A stretch of DNA of 64,000 nt, taken from NCBI GenBank assembly GCA_035084275.1, contig CM068742.1:66030001-66094000 (forward strand). Direction: 5' to 3'. Within the stretch, counting starts at the first letter, position 1. Each line of letters begins with the position of its first letter. This stretch comes from Hydrolagus colliei (Eukaryota). Below the pieces are notes generated by a model, which had not been told where the DNA came from, did no database searches, and saw nothing but the letters and a program-made list of their open reading frames with translations. This document shows positions 40,246-52,062 of the stretch, piece after piece. The translations under genes and the position numbers were made by a program.

Positions 40246-40410
40246 ATAATCCTGGTCAGCTCTTCGATGAACGATCGCGATCAAAGCCTCTTTATTAGCA
40301 TGGATGAAGGGGCCATCTTTCAGAAGCAGCAGATCTCCTTCTCTGTGGAAACACTGGTCTTTCACCCGAAAGAAGAGGATAAGGTGCTTGCATACAGCAG
40401 GGAGCAGCGG
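40246..40410 (+). CDS. SORCS2: SORCS2 internal exon (probably human exon 4 equivalent), VPS10 domain: IILVSSSMNDRDQSLFISMDEGAIFQKQQISFSVETLVFHPKEEDKVLAYSREQR
   Basis: Acceptor tttttctcttgtag|ATA, donor CGG|gtaagt; 165 nt, phase 0-0. The peptide closely resembles human SORCS2 as I recall it (IILVSSSLSDRDQSLFLSADEGATFQKQ...FHPKEEDKVLAY). Confidence 0.95.
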
Positions 40411-41741
40411 GTAAGTCCTATCTTACAAGGACTCCTTTCTATTTTGGTGAAAGACCTTTGAAGCATTCTTCCAGCACTCTACCAAAGGTACTTTCCAGAG
40501 AGCTTGACTCAACTGGAAACCATATGGATGATTCTCCACTGATTAGAGAAATACACTGATTTACCAATCATTTATAATGATAATAAACCTAATAAAGCTC
40601 ACACCCACTGCCAACTCGCCAGGTGGTTCTCATGGGTAAAGGCAACACTTCATGCGGCTTTAAGCCAAACATATCACTGTGTTGCAGGATAAAATCCCTC
40701 CTGTTAACGTTATCTCATTTGAGATACTGCAGTTGACTTCAGCACCCCTCCACTGGAGATAAGCATGTATGGATTGGTATCTGGTATGAAATGTCTATCA
40801 GCATTTACCACCAAATCTCACACAACAGTTGGGTGAAGTGTCTGAGGATCCTGACACCTGTGGAACCAGTAGAAGAACACAAAGAGCCAAATGTTTTCTG
40901 GAGTGCAGGAGAAGAGTGGAGAAAGTTGGCACAGAGAGAGAGAGAAAAATATAAAGATGGTAATATAACTCTGGTTGCATATGCAAATATTTTCTGCTTT
41001 TGAAGTATTTGCAGTTTTAACCCAAGATATATTTTTAGTATCAGAGGCAGTCATTGGTGTGCTGGCATAGTGTGGTTACATATTTTCTGTGTATCTGGTA
41101 CTCACCTGTAGAGAAATATTGTTATCTGTCTTATAAATTATTACCCACAAGTAGAATAGAGAACTGATTATCCACGTGAATTGGGACTGACTGCAATGTG
41201 AATAAGTAAACAGTATAGAGAATTGTTCCATCAGGAATTATATTGTCACTATATTACCATTCTGTGCCATTCTTTCTCTATGATTCTTTCCCTCTGACAT
41301 TTTTTCTTTTTCTCTCTCACACTTTACCTTTTTTTTCTCATTGAGCATCTCCCTCTGTTGATGTGTGTGTGTGTCTTTGTGTGTCTCTTTGTCTCTCTGA
41401 GAGAGTAACTATCAAGCTTTCTTTCCTACATTATCTCTATTCTTAATTTTAAACTATATAATGTAAAATTATACAGCCCTGCCTTCACTGCTGCCAAAAA
41501 CAGTCCTGTGTATGCGAGTGAGCTTACTAAGGTTCAGAACATCTCTAGAATCTTACATTCAAATGTGCACATGCACATAAAAGAGTTTTGTTTTGCCAGT
41601 ATCTCACTACAACTGAGCTTTTGCAGATCAACAGATATGCAGATAAATGATGTGTGTGTGTGTGTGTGTGTGTGTAAACAACATATGAAATGCTGCACAG
41701 GTAAATGAACATACAAATAAATAATCTGTGGATAAATGAAC

Positions 41742-41978
41742 ATGACGTCTCAAAGCGCTTCACAGAATATACTGTCAAGTGAATTGACTGTATTTTGTGC
41801 GTGAAACACGGCAGCCAGTTGTGCACAGCAGTGTCCACAAACAGTCTTGGATTCAAAATGACAGTTTTTTTTATGAACAATTATTATCAGGCGTGTGAAC
41901 TAAGGAAACTGACTGAAATTGAACCCAGATCTCTCGCTTGCAAGGTGATTTTCTCTAACCAATGAGCTACAGGACTCC
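41742..41978 (-). mobile_element. Young SINE, antisense
   Basis: Reverse complement of the head (ggagtcctgtagctcattggttagag), Deu motif and tail. Confidence 0.85.
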
Positions 41979-42892
41979 ATATCATTCAAAACACTTTTTC
42001 AAAATCTGTTATTTTTCACTGATGGGTACCCTAAAACTCACTAAATATCACCTTGTCCTTAATAGCGAGTATCCACTGCAAAAAGAAATTGCCTCGGTGG
42101 CCACCAGATTACACCGTAACAATTATTTCAGGTGCTGATGGTATCAGTAAAATGAAGTTCTTGCTCAAGACTATAAAGGGATTGGCAGTTCACAACTGTT
42201 AAAAAGGGTTGACTGCCAGGGGACCTAAGTTAATGTAAGGAGGTGAGGAATATGAAGACAATTCAGAACTCAAAATAATTTTTCAAAAGAAGTACGATGG
42301 ATTTGTGGAGCATGTGTGTATGTGAATTTGCCAGGTTAAATAACACCATCACATTTTTCCTCAGGTCTTGTCTGACGTTCCTGTTATTTGCATTTGGATT
42401 GAGCGTTTCCCTTAGCTCATAATTTTAAGATGCGTTGTTTCCACATTATGAGCATTCCAGTTCTTTCAGTCTTGTCTCCCAGTTCAACAGCCTCTGGGCA
42501 ATTGGGGGATTTGTTAAATCTTTAATTGCTTTGTACATTTGGCTCTGTACTTTCACATAAAGAATTCCACATGGACGTACCTTTTAACTGGAGCGGCCTT
42601 TTCGGTTTTCCAGCTCATTAATTGTCAATTTGAGGAAAGCGTATGCTCCCAGACAGAATTAGTCATGAGGCCACTGCCAGAAAAGAAGACTCACTCCATA
42701 AAATGTCCTGACATGCAGATCTTTTTGGCTATGGCAATTGCTAATTTCCAATCGTGTCTACGTTTGCATCCTTTGAAACTACTGACCATCTTGGAAAATG
42801 TAAAGAAAATGCTTATTAGAGCTAGGAGGTCAGCAATACCTCCTCCTCCACCGCCTCTCTTCCCATTTCAACCTTCAAGGTTTCGTCCTGAC

Positions 42893-44046
42893 TAGTTCTG
42901 GTCCTATCTTTCACACCATCTCCACTTTGTGTCCACCAATGGCTTTTCCTCCAGCCCCCGCACCGTCTTGTGTGACGTTCCTCAGGGCTCTGTCCTTGGT
43001 CATCTCCTCTTCATCCTCTACTTGCTCCCCCTTGGTGACATCATCCGCAGACATGGGGTAAATTTCCACATGTACGTGGATGACACCCAACTCTACCTTT
43101 CTGCTTCCACCCTCAACTCCTGATGTCAGACAGGCAGGCAGGACACCAGTAGTGTGCTGCCTGCCTCTCTGACATTGAGTCCTGGTTGGGGGACAACTTT
43201 CTAGTTGAACATCCACAAGACTGAGGCCCTCCTGACTGGCTCGTGTCAACACCTCCACACCTCAGGCACTGGCAGCATCAGCATCCATGGCTGCACCCTC
43301 CATCTCTCGAAGCAAGTCATGAACCCGGGTGTCTTATTTGACCCTGAACTGTCCTTGCTCCCCCACATTTGCACCATAACGAACACTGCCTTCTACCATC
43401 TCTGTAACATAGCCAGACTCCGCCACTGCCTCACCCCTCAGGCTGCTGAAATCCTAGTCCACACTTTCGTCACATCAATGCTCAACTATGGAAACTTTCT
43501 CCTCGTTGGCCTTCCTGGCCTTCATAAGCTGCAGCTCGTGTCCTCTCCTGCACAAAACCCTACAACCACATCACTCCCACCCTCGCCCGGCTCCATTGGT
43601 TCTCCATTCCCCAGAGGATCAAATTCAAGGTCCTCTTCCTCAATTTCAACGCCATTCATGGCCATCTCTCTGACTTACTGACTCCCTATGAACCTGTCCA
43701 CCCTGTCCATTCAGCGGCTTCAGTCTGCTCCATGTCCCCTGCGCGAACCACTCTACCATTGGTGGTTGGGCTTTCAGCCTCTCTGCCCCCACACTTTGGA
43801 ACTCCATCCCACAGTTCCTTCGCCTCGCTTCCTCCTTTGTCTCCTTCAAGTCTGGTCTCAAGATGCTCCTCTTCGATTGTGCCTTCTGTTGCCCTCCCAA
43901 TTCTCCCCCTGCCCTCCTCACTACCTTGCCCCTCCCCCTTGCTTGGGTCCTGACGTGACTGTTCATCATCTTGGGATGTCCTCCCAATGTGAATGGCGCT
44001 CTAGAAATGTAATTTTGTAGTTGTTGATAAACACTGAGCCAGGCAC
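42893..44046 (+). mobile_element. L2 3' part (subfamily A), decayed
   Basis: [19 protein letters not shown] and GVLFDPELSLLPHI; tail tgggatgtcctcccaatgtgaa. Confidence 0.93.
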
Positions 44047-45147
44047 CATCTGGTGCAATGCTAGGTAATCACAGAGCTCAATCAATTCGAATCACTACAT
44101 TAAAGATATACATTTTTCCATAAGCTATTTTTTAATACAAAAATGTTACCGATGCCTTTGAGAAGGGCAAGGACAAGTGCAACATTAACCCTGTATCGCC
44201 CCAACCCAGTTATTTCTTTGGATGTTCTACTCGTAACCCACTTCCTTGCCTGCCCTTTCCACTCAGCAGGCACAGGCCAGCTGTATGTGCACAGACTCTT
44301 CCATGCCACCATTTTGGCAGTGTTCTCAGCTATTATCTCTGGAACTCCTTGCCTCAATCCCTCTGCCTCGCACCCTCTTTATTTATCTTAAATCTATAAG
44401 ACCTACCTCATTGATCACGCTTATGGTCACCTACATCTCCCCCACCTTGCTCAGAGTCCAACTATGCAAATAGTTGTATGCTTTGTTTTTCCTTCACTGA
44501 AAGATGTCTTGATGTCTTTCTGGGTAAAAGGTATTGCTGGGTTCCATTATTAACCCATTCAGATCGGATTGTCCCAAATTTGAGTAATCATCTGTCCTGA
44601 GATTTTTTAGATGACAAAGACAGTTAGAGGGCTGCAATCGTTTTTTGTGTTCCTAGTTGTCATCCTCTATTTAAGGATGTATCCCTCAAGCTATCAAATG
44701 CAAGGATTAATATTATTATTATTGTCTTAAAATGTATGATTATGTGGAATTTTGACAGGAGATTCCATGATGATTTTCATGCATCTGGTTGTTATCCAGC
44801 AGCCCCTGAAGAAAAACTATCTTTGCGTGGATGCGGGTGAGAACAGATCACGCTCAGCTGCTGTGCGCTCCACAGTTAGCGAACCTTTCAAACGTTGCAG
44901 TCCATGTAGAGAAACCACTTGGGCAAAGGAGGCGATTTACCCCAGCAAAGATCTTCACCGTCAGAGGAGGAGGCATGGAAATTCATCCTGTAAATGATTT
45001 CTTTCAATAAAGGCACCATCCACCTCAACCATCTGCTATGAAGCTGCTGATACCATCTGCTCAGAACCCCCCTCTCTCCCTCTCTTGATCTATCTTTGGG
45101 GAATTAATAACTTGAAGAATTACTAGTCATGTACTTTTGATTGTTAC

Positions 45148-46413
45148 TAGGGAACGGCGATATGGGAATTTCCCGATATGGATATATCGGTTGGCTCATA
45201 TCGAGATATACCGAAATATCGATATTTTCAGTTTTTTCGTACTGTGCATGCGCGCGCGCATCGGAGTGCGCGCGCATTCCGAGTGCGCGCGCATTCGGGG
45301 TGCGCGCGTTCGGGGCCTATCTTCTCAGGAGGTAAATATCTTTCTCTCTCTGAGTCTCTCACTCTCTCCATCTCTGTGTTTTTCTGTCTGTGTCTCTCTA
45401 TGTCTCTCTCCCTCTCTCCTCTCTCACATCCCCCCCCATCTCTATCTATCTGTATATTATCACATCCACCCCGTCTCTCCCCCCCCCCCCCCCCCCCCGC
45501 CGTCCCTCTCTCGCACCCCCTACCCCCGTCATCTCTCTCCCCCACCCCCCCCCCAGCCGTCTCTCTCCCCCTCTCCTACCCCCCCCCCGCCGTCTCTCTC
45601 TCCCTCCCCCCCAGCCGTCTCTCTCCACCTCCTCCCAGCTGTCTCTCTCCCCCTCTCCTACCCCCCCCCCCGCCGTCTCTCTCTCCCTCCCCCTCCAGCC
45701 GTCTCTCCCCCTCCCCCCAGCCGTCTCTCTCCCCCTCTCCTCCCCCCCCCCCCCCCCCCAGCCATCTCTCTCCCCCTCTCCCCCCGCCCAGCCATCTCTC
45801 TCCCTCTCTCCCCCCCAGCCGTCTCTCTCCCCCTCTCCCCCCCCAGCCGTCTCTCTCCCCCTCCCCCCAGCCGTCTCTCTCCCCCTCTCCTCTTCCCCCC
45901 AGCCGTCTCTCTCCCCCTCTCCTCCCCCCCCCAGCCGTCTCTCCCCATCTCCTCCTCCCCCCCAGCCGTCTCTCTCCCCCTCTCCCCCCCCAGCCGTCTC
46001 TCTCCCCATCTCCCCACCCCCCCAGCCGTCTATCTCCCCCTCCCCCCACCCATCTCTCTCCCCCTCACCCCCCCACCCCAGCCATCTCTCTCCCCCTCAC
46101 CCCCCCCCCCCAGCAGTCTCTCTCCGCCTCACCCCCCCCCCACCCACAGCCGTCTCTCTCCCCCCACCCCTTGCATACCTGTATATTGTATTTGAGGACT
46201 ATGAATACAAGATGGCGACTTTGCGCCTCCGTCTGTGCATTGTGTATAGAGATGAGCATTCTGGGTCTTGTAGTTGATTGTGCTCGCATCCCGATTTTTT
46301 ACCTCGATATACCGTTTTTCGATATATCGATATTTTTAAAATGTCTATATCGGCATATCGATATGAAAATCATATCAGATTTTAGCGATATATCGATATA
46401 TCGCCGTTCCCTA
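45148..46413 (+). mobile_element. hAT non-autonomous element, copy 3 (youngest, expanded minisatellite)
   Basis: Perfect 16-bp TIRs tagggaacggcgatat / atatcgccgttcccta; perfect 8-bp TSD attgttac at 45140-45147 and 46414-46421. Confidence 0.96.
45465..46170 (+). repeat. C-rich polypyrimidine minisatellite, unit about cccagccgtctctctcccc
   Basis: Tandem units are directly visible; they generate the Pro-rich and Gly/Arg-rich artefact ORFs. Confidence 0.95.
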
Positions 46414-47207
46414 ATTGTTACAAATTCAATATTTTTTCAACATTTTCCTAATTACATCCATATATCATAACTGTTGCATTTGAGATTAGTGCCTTGTCAC
46501 ATCACTGAGATGTCTCAGAGTGCTTCACAGGATTTTACTGTAAAGTGTAATGACTGTTTTTTCAGGCAAATTAAGAGAAACCCCTGAAGTAATCTCTTTC
46601 TGGTTGCTTTTTTTTCCCTTCAATAGTCTGTCAACCTCTTCCTTCTCCTCAAGCCACTGATTCTTGTTGGAGTGAATCTCCAGCAAATTCCATCACCCCC
46701 CAGTGCTACATATGGATTTTCTTCTACTTTAAAACATTTGTCTCTCAACTTGCTTTGTGCTAGCCTGAGGGATGAAACCTTAAATAGAGGTCAATGACAA
46801 CAAGGATCGCTCTCTGATTCTATTAAGTACTGTGGTGAACAAGGAGAAGTAATTAATGATATCCCAGATGTGTTGTTTTTCATACCTAGTTGAATGGAGT
46901 GGGAATAATAATTCATTGGAGATAATCAGTACTGTGTTTAGATTCTTGTCTAAATAAATTCTCACAACACAATGGAACACACAGAATATCACACCATTGA
47001 TATCAAAGAATCACAATACTCTTCATTTGATGGATGCATTCATGAACCATGCAAGCCCCGAGTGCAAAAATGACGGATAAGAATAATGATCTTTCAGTGT
47101 AAAAGGAATCCTTGGCTTCAATTCATGACATTTTATGTACATTTTTTCAACGACTGAAAGTTTTACTGAATGGCTGGTAAAATACATAATTTTTTCTCTT
47201 TTTGCAG

Positions 47208-47281
47208 TTATATTTTTCCACTGATCTAGGAAAAACGTGGCAGCTCCTACAGGAACGAGTGACAAAGGAACGGTTTTATTG
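47208..47281 (+). CDS. SORCS2: SORCS2 exon: LYFSTDLGKTWQLLQERVTKERFY(W)
   Basis: Acceptor ttttctctttttgcag|TTA, donor TG|gtgagg; 74 nt, phase 0-2. Contains the Asp-box/BNR motif STDLGKTW typical of VPS10 propellers. Not captured in the ORF track. Confidence 0.95.
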
Positions 47282-48416
47282 GTGAGGATACGCTATTTGT
47301 CAAAGTATCTGTTCATTGTACAATGTATTCAGTGTCTTAGCACAACATGGGAAGCAATATATTTGCCTTCTTTTCCCCTGATGCTAAAGAGTAAAATTTG
47401 CAATATTCCTTATTTCACGTTGGTATAAACTCCCATCACCAGGTTGCAGGCACCCCTCAAGGCAAGTGGCTAATTCACTTCCTGACAGTTTTTAAAATTT
47501 GAGTGTGGCAATTTTTATTTTGTGAACCTTACATGGAGCTCTTTGTTCTTTTTATTAGATATTTATCTTCCGGTATGAATCTCCTAAGGAGAGTCCAAAT
47601 CTGTGTTCTTCTTAGCTAAACCTTAATTTGTTCATCAATTCAGTGAGCTAGGCATTAGCCTCCAGGCTTAAATGTTAATGAAACATGGTTTACACAACTC
47701 ATGTCAATGATTGTAGTACATATCCCTCTCCTGTAAAATGCTGTAATATAAAACCTAATTGTACTGAGGTTCAAATCGCACAACACCTGCTTTATTTGGG
47801 GTTTGTACCATGCATACTTATTGCAGAATAAATCCGTTCTGAAAGAAACTAAAACCATTACTTTGAACTCCAATTGCATATATTATACAGAACATCACTG
47901 GGATACACACCAAACGTGGCTCATTAAAATAAAATGCTATCATAGATTGATGATGCTACGTGATCCCGGGACTGACTCTTGGGACGTCCTCCCAATGTGA
48001 AAGGCGTAATACAAATGTAATTTTGCATTGTATTGTTATTGTCTTGATCGTACTCCTACCTAACTACTGTCTCACAGTTATGGAATGTTGAAGTACAGTA
48101 TCTATGTAAAACAGAGGGTATAGAATCATACAGCAGTAAAATATCAGTAATTAGGCTATTATTTAGTATGAATCAAGAGTAAAGTATTGTTATTTAACAT
48201 ATAATGTTAATCTTTGCATTTGATATAGCGCCTTATCAAGTCATTGAGACGTCTCAATATAATGTAAAGAAGAGTGATTGTGTATTTTGTAAAATATAGG
48301 AGTAAAATGCCAGTAGAATATTGTTACTTAATACATATGAGAGTAAAACATCAGTAAAGTAGAACATTACTGATGAATACACTTGGAAGTTTCTATACCT
48401 ACATGAATTACACAAT

Positions 48417-48713
48417 GGAATCCTGTAGCTCAGTGGTTAGAGCACTCGTCGTGCTAGGGAAAGACCTGGTAGGTAAGATACCTTACTCCACATGCCTGAT
48501 AATAATCCCTCAACAACAATAAAATTACACTTGGATAGAGCCTTTCACATCAGGTGATTATCCCAAGGCACAGGACACTCATTGTTTCAGACCCGAGCTG
48601 GGGTCAGGGACGGGGAGGATGGAGTGACCGATAGACTGTCAAAGAGGAGGGTCTTGAGGCGGGACTTGAAAGAGGCCACAGAGGGGGCGAGGTGGAGGGA
48701 CTGCGGAATGGAG
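48417..48713. mobile_element. SINE head (+, 48417-48510) interrupted by an L2 3' end (-, 48511-48713)
   Basis: ggaatcctgtagctcagtggttagagc...aataatccct followed by a caacaac L2 tail. Confidence 0.8.
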
Positions 48714-50690
48714 TTCATAGATTCATTGATTCATAGATTCATAGACTTTTACGGCACAAAAGGAGGCCATTCGGCCCATCTAGTCTGTGCCGGCTCTTTG
48801 AAAAGAGCGATTCAATCCCACTGCCCTGCCCGCTCCCCATAGCCTAATAGACCTGTTCTCCCTAAATAAAGATCTAATTCCCTTTTAAAAGTTGTTATCA
48901 AATCAGCCTCCACCACCTTTTCAGGCAATGCATTCCAGATTCGAACAACTCGCTGAGTGAAAAAAATTCTCCTCAGCTCCCCTCTACTTCGCCTTGAAAC
49001 TATTTTAAATCTGTGACCACGAGTCACAGATTCACCCACGAGTGGAAATAGTTTTTCTCTATTTGCCCTGTCGAAACCCCTCATGATCTTATAAACCTCT
49101 ATTAGGTCTCCCCTCAATCTTCTCTGCTCCAGAGAGAATAACCCTAGCCTATCTAGCCTCTCCTCATAGCTGAAGTCCCTCAATCCTGGCACCATCCTAG
49201 TAAATCTTCGCTGCACCCTTTCCAATGCCTTCACATTCTTTCTGTAGTGTGGTGACCAGAATTGAACACAGTATTCCAGCTGAGGCCTCACCAAAGTCCT
49301 ATAGAGGTTAGTCAGCACTTCCTGACTTTTGTACTCTATACCCCTATTTATAAAGCCTAGTATCCCATATGCTTTCTTAACAGCCTTGTCTACCTGTCCT
49401 GCCACCTTCAACAAGTCACTAACACAAATCCCCAGGTCTCTCTGTTCCTTCACACCATTTAAAATTGTACTATCTAGCCTATATTGCCTCCCTTCATTTC
49501 TTCTCCCAAAATGCATCACCTCACACTTCTCTGCATTAAACTTCATCTGCCATGTGTCTGCCCACTTTACCAATTTGTCTATATCCTCTTGCAGATGGCT
49601 ACTATCCTCCTCACTATTTACTATTCTCCCTAACTTAGTGTCATCTGCAAACTTGGAAACTGTACTCCGTACACCCAAGTCCAGATCATTGATGTAGATT
49701 ACAAAGAGCAATGGTCCCCAAACCGATCCCTGTGGCACACCACTGCTCACTTCCCTCCAATCTGAAAAACAGCCGCTCACTACAACTCTCTACTTTCTGT
49801 CTCACAGCCAGTTGTGGATCCACGCTGCCACTGTCCCTTTTACGCCATGGGCCTTTAATTTCATAATAAGTCTCTCATGTGGCACTTTGTCAAATGCCTT
49901 TTGAAAGTCCATGTAAACTACATCAACTGCGCTACCATTATCCACCCATTCCGTTACCTCATCAAAAAATTCTATCAGATTTGTAAGGCAAGATTTGCCT
50001 TTAACAAATCCATGTTGACTGTCCTTTATTAGCCTATATCTTTCTAAGTGAAGATCTACCTTGGCCCTGATTATGGACTCTAGAAGTTTGCCCACTACCG
50101 ACGTTAGACTGACTGGTCTGTAGTTACCAGGCTTGTCCTTCTGCCCCTTTTTATACAAGGGAGTAACATTAGCTATCCTCCAGTCCTCTGGCACGACCCA
50201 TGTGTCCAAGGAAGATTGAAAGATCGTGGCCAGAGTCCCTGCTATTTGCTCCCGTGCCTCACTTAGTAACCTAGGGTGCATCCCATCCGGACCAGGTGAC
50301 TTATCCACCTTGAGCAACGTCAACCTTTTTAGAACTTCCTCTCTGGTTATAATTATTCTATCCATTTCTCCTACCCTCTCCTCTAATACCATGACATTGG
50401 CTGTATCCTTTTCTTTTGTGAAGACAGAGGCAAAGTACTCATTCAGTACATCAGCCATGCCCTCTGCCTCCACAATGAGAATTCCTCCTAGGTCCCTAAT
50501 TGGCCCCACCCTATCCTTGACCAACCTTTTACTCTTAATATGTTGGTAAAAAACCTTAGGGTTCCCCTTAATCTTACTCGCTAATTGTTTTTCATGCAGT
50601 CTCTTTGCCCCTCTAACTTCCTTTTTTAGTTCTATCCTACACTTCCTATATTCTGCTTTGTTCCCTTCTGAATTTTGAGCCTGACACTTT
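48714..50690 (-). mobile_element. Young CR1 LINE, ~2 kb 5'-truncated, inserted into an L2
   Basis: KSPGPDGMHPR, NYRPVSLTSVVGKLLE, DFQKAFDKVPH, GVPQGSV and FADDTK in one frame broken only by two nonsense codons; (attcatag)n tail on the + strand. The host L2 resumes at about 50691-50780. Confidence 0.96.
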
Positions 50691-50812
50691 CCATAGGTTG
50701 GAGGCATAGTGGCTGAAGGTTCCTCCGCCAATGTTGTGGCAGGTGGGTCCGGGGACGTGGAGCAGGCCGGAGTCCTGCAGTACGTTTTCAAGTCAGGAGA
50801 AATCTTCCCCAA

Positions 50813-51197
50813 TCTCACCGCCAGGTCAGAAAGGTGTGGGTTCAAGCCCTATATCGGGACTTTGAATCTATGCTGATGCTCTAGTGTCCTGCACTATTGG
50901 AGGTGCTGTCCTCTGGATGAGACATTAAACCAAGGTCATGTCTGCCTGTTCGGACGATTGTTAAATACCCTGTGGAACTAATAGAAAACAGAAGGAAGTC
51001 TCTCCCAGTGACCTCACCAATAATCCTCCTGATAATAAACAATGTTCAATCTCTTCATGGCTGTTTGTGGCACATTGTGTGCATAACAAAATGCTGTACT
51101 TGCCCACAGAATACACAGGTATTGCACTTTACATTATACCTTGAGGTGCTTTGAGGCATTTTAACAATGTGATAAAATGCTGTACCAGATGCAGATT
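50813..51197 (+). mobile_element. Older Deu-SINE
   Basis: gtgggttcaagccc head, ggatgagacattaaaccaaggtc Deu segment, tail. Confidence 0.75.
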
Positions 51198-51474
51198 TTT
51201 TAAAAAAATCTGCAGAGAGAATTTGCAGCCTATAATGGCAGTAAAACCACATTGCAGACCCAGTAGGGATGGGCAAACGACAAGGATGTCATCTCTCATC
51301 CTTTGCCCTCCTCCTCTCCCATACCCTCAATGATAGCTATCGCCACCTGAAGCAAGAAGAAGTTGAGGATGACAGAAAGCCACTCCAGAACAGGCAGTGT
51401 TGTTGTGTTCATACAGCAGAGGCTGTCTGAAAAGGTGGTTATTAATAAGATCTAAGATTACCTTTCCTTTCAAT

Positions 51475-51712
51475 GCGTTAGTTAGTACAGGTGTATTTCT
51501 GTGTGTTAGTACAGGTATATTTCATTGTGGTTGTAGAGGTGTTTTGTAGATATAAGTGTATCATCAACATATAGGAGTATTTAAGTGTGTTATTACAGGT
51601 GTATTTACGTATGTTAGTACCTGTGTATTTAAGTGTGGTAATAGAACTAGATTCTAATGTGTTAGTACATGTGTAGTTCAGTGTGTTTGTACAGGTTTAG
51701 TTCAGTACACTA
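51475..51712 (+). repeat. Degenerate ~24-bp minisatellite (gttagtacaggtgtatttctgtgt)
   Basis: Recurrent gttagtacaggtgtattt variants. Confidence 0.75.
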
Positions 51713-51997
51713 ATACAGAGCAGATTTCTCTGACAGTGTGATGGACAGCTGCTTTCAATGTGGTAGGAGGACCTTTACAAGACAGGTTTAATGGCTATCA
51801 CGTATGGGAGATCATCCTAAATTATTGTTCACTTGCATTTGAAACCAGATGAAATGTCAGATTTGATTTTGAATACTGCTGTGTGGCCGCAGCAGCACTA
51901 TGAGTGATATAATCAGAGTCTGAAAGATATCTTAGACACAGCTCGGCTCCTTCAGTGTAAGAATGAACAAAACGCTAATGGTTATTTCTGATTACAG

Positions 51998-52062
51998 GTC
52001 TGTAAATGGCATTGATAATGAGCCTGATCTGGTCCACATGGAGATTCAGCACAGCAGTGGAG
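51998..52062 (+). CDS. SORCS2: SORCS2 exon: (W)SVNGIDNEPDLVHMEIQHSSG(G)
   Basis: Acceptor ttctgattacag|G, donor G|gtaact; 65 nt, phase 2-1. Completes the TGG codon begun in the previous exon; resembles SORCS2 WSVSGVDADPDLVHVE. Confidence 0.93.

Noticed and set aside
45148-45320. CpG island / promoter with NRF1-like gcgcatgcgc (33532) and YY1-like caagatggcg (about 46208) motifs
   Set aside because: The CpG richness is confined to young MITE arms, and there is no independent sign of a transcription start.
45137-46470. Long Pro/Ser-rich ORFs (352, 430, 295 aa) and antisense Gly/Arg-rich ORFs; likewise 27849-28509
   Set aside because: Open in several frames only because the C-rich minisatellite lacks stop codons; they lie inside a TIR/TSD-bounded MITE.
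48812-50845. Two-gene reverse-transcriptase locus or autonomous retroelement
   Set aside because: It is a single 5'-truncated CR1 ORF2 with two nonsense codons and no endonuclease; the N-terminus of the 347-aa ORF is flanking L2/SINE sequence.
51475-51712. CRISPR-like repeat array
   Set aside because: Eukaryotic intron; degenerate head-to-tail units without unique spacers, i.e. an ordinary minisatellite.
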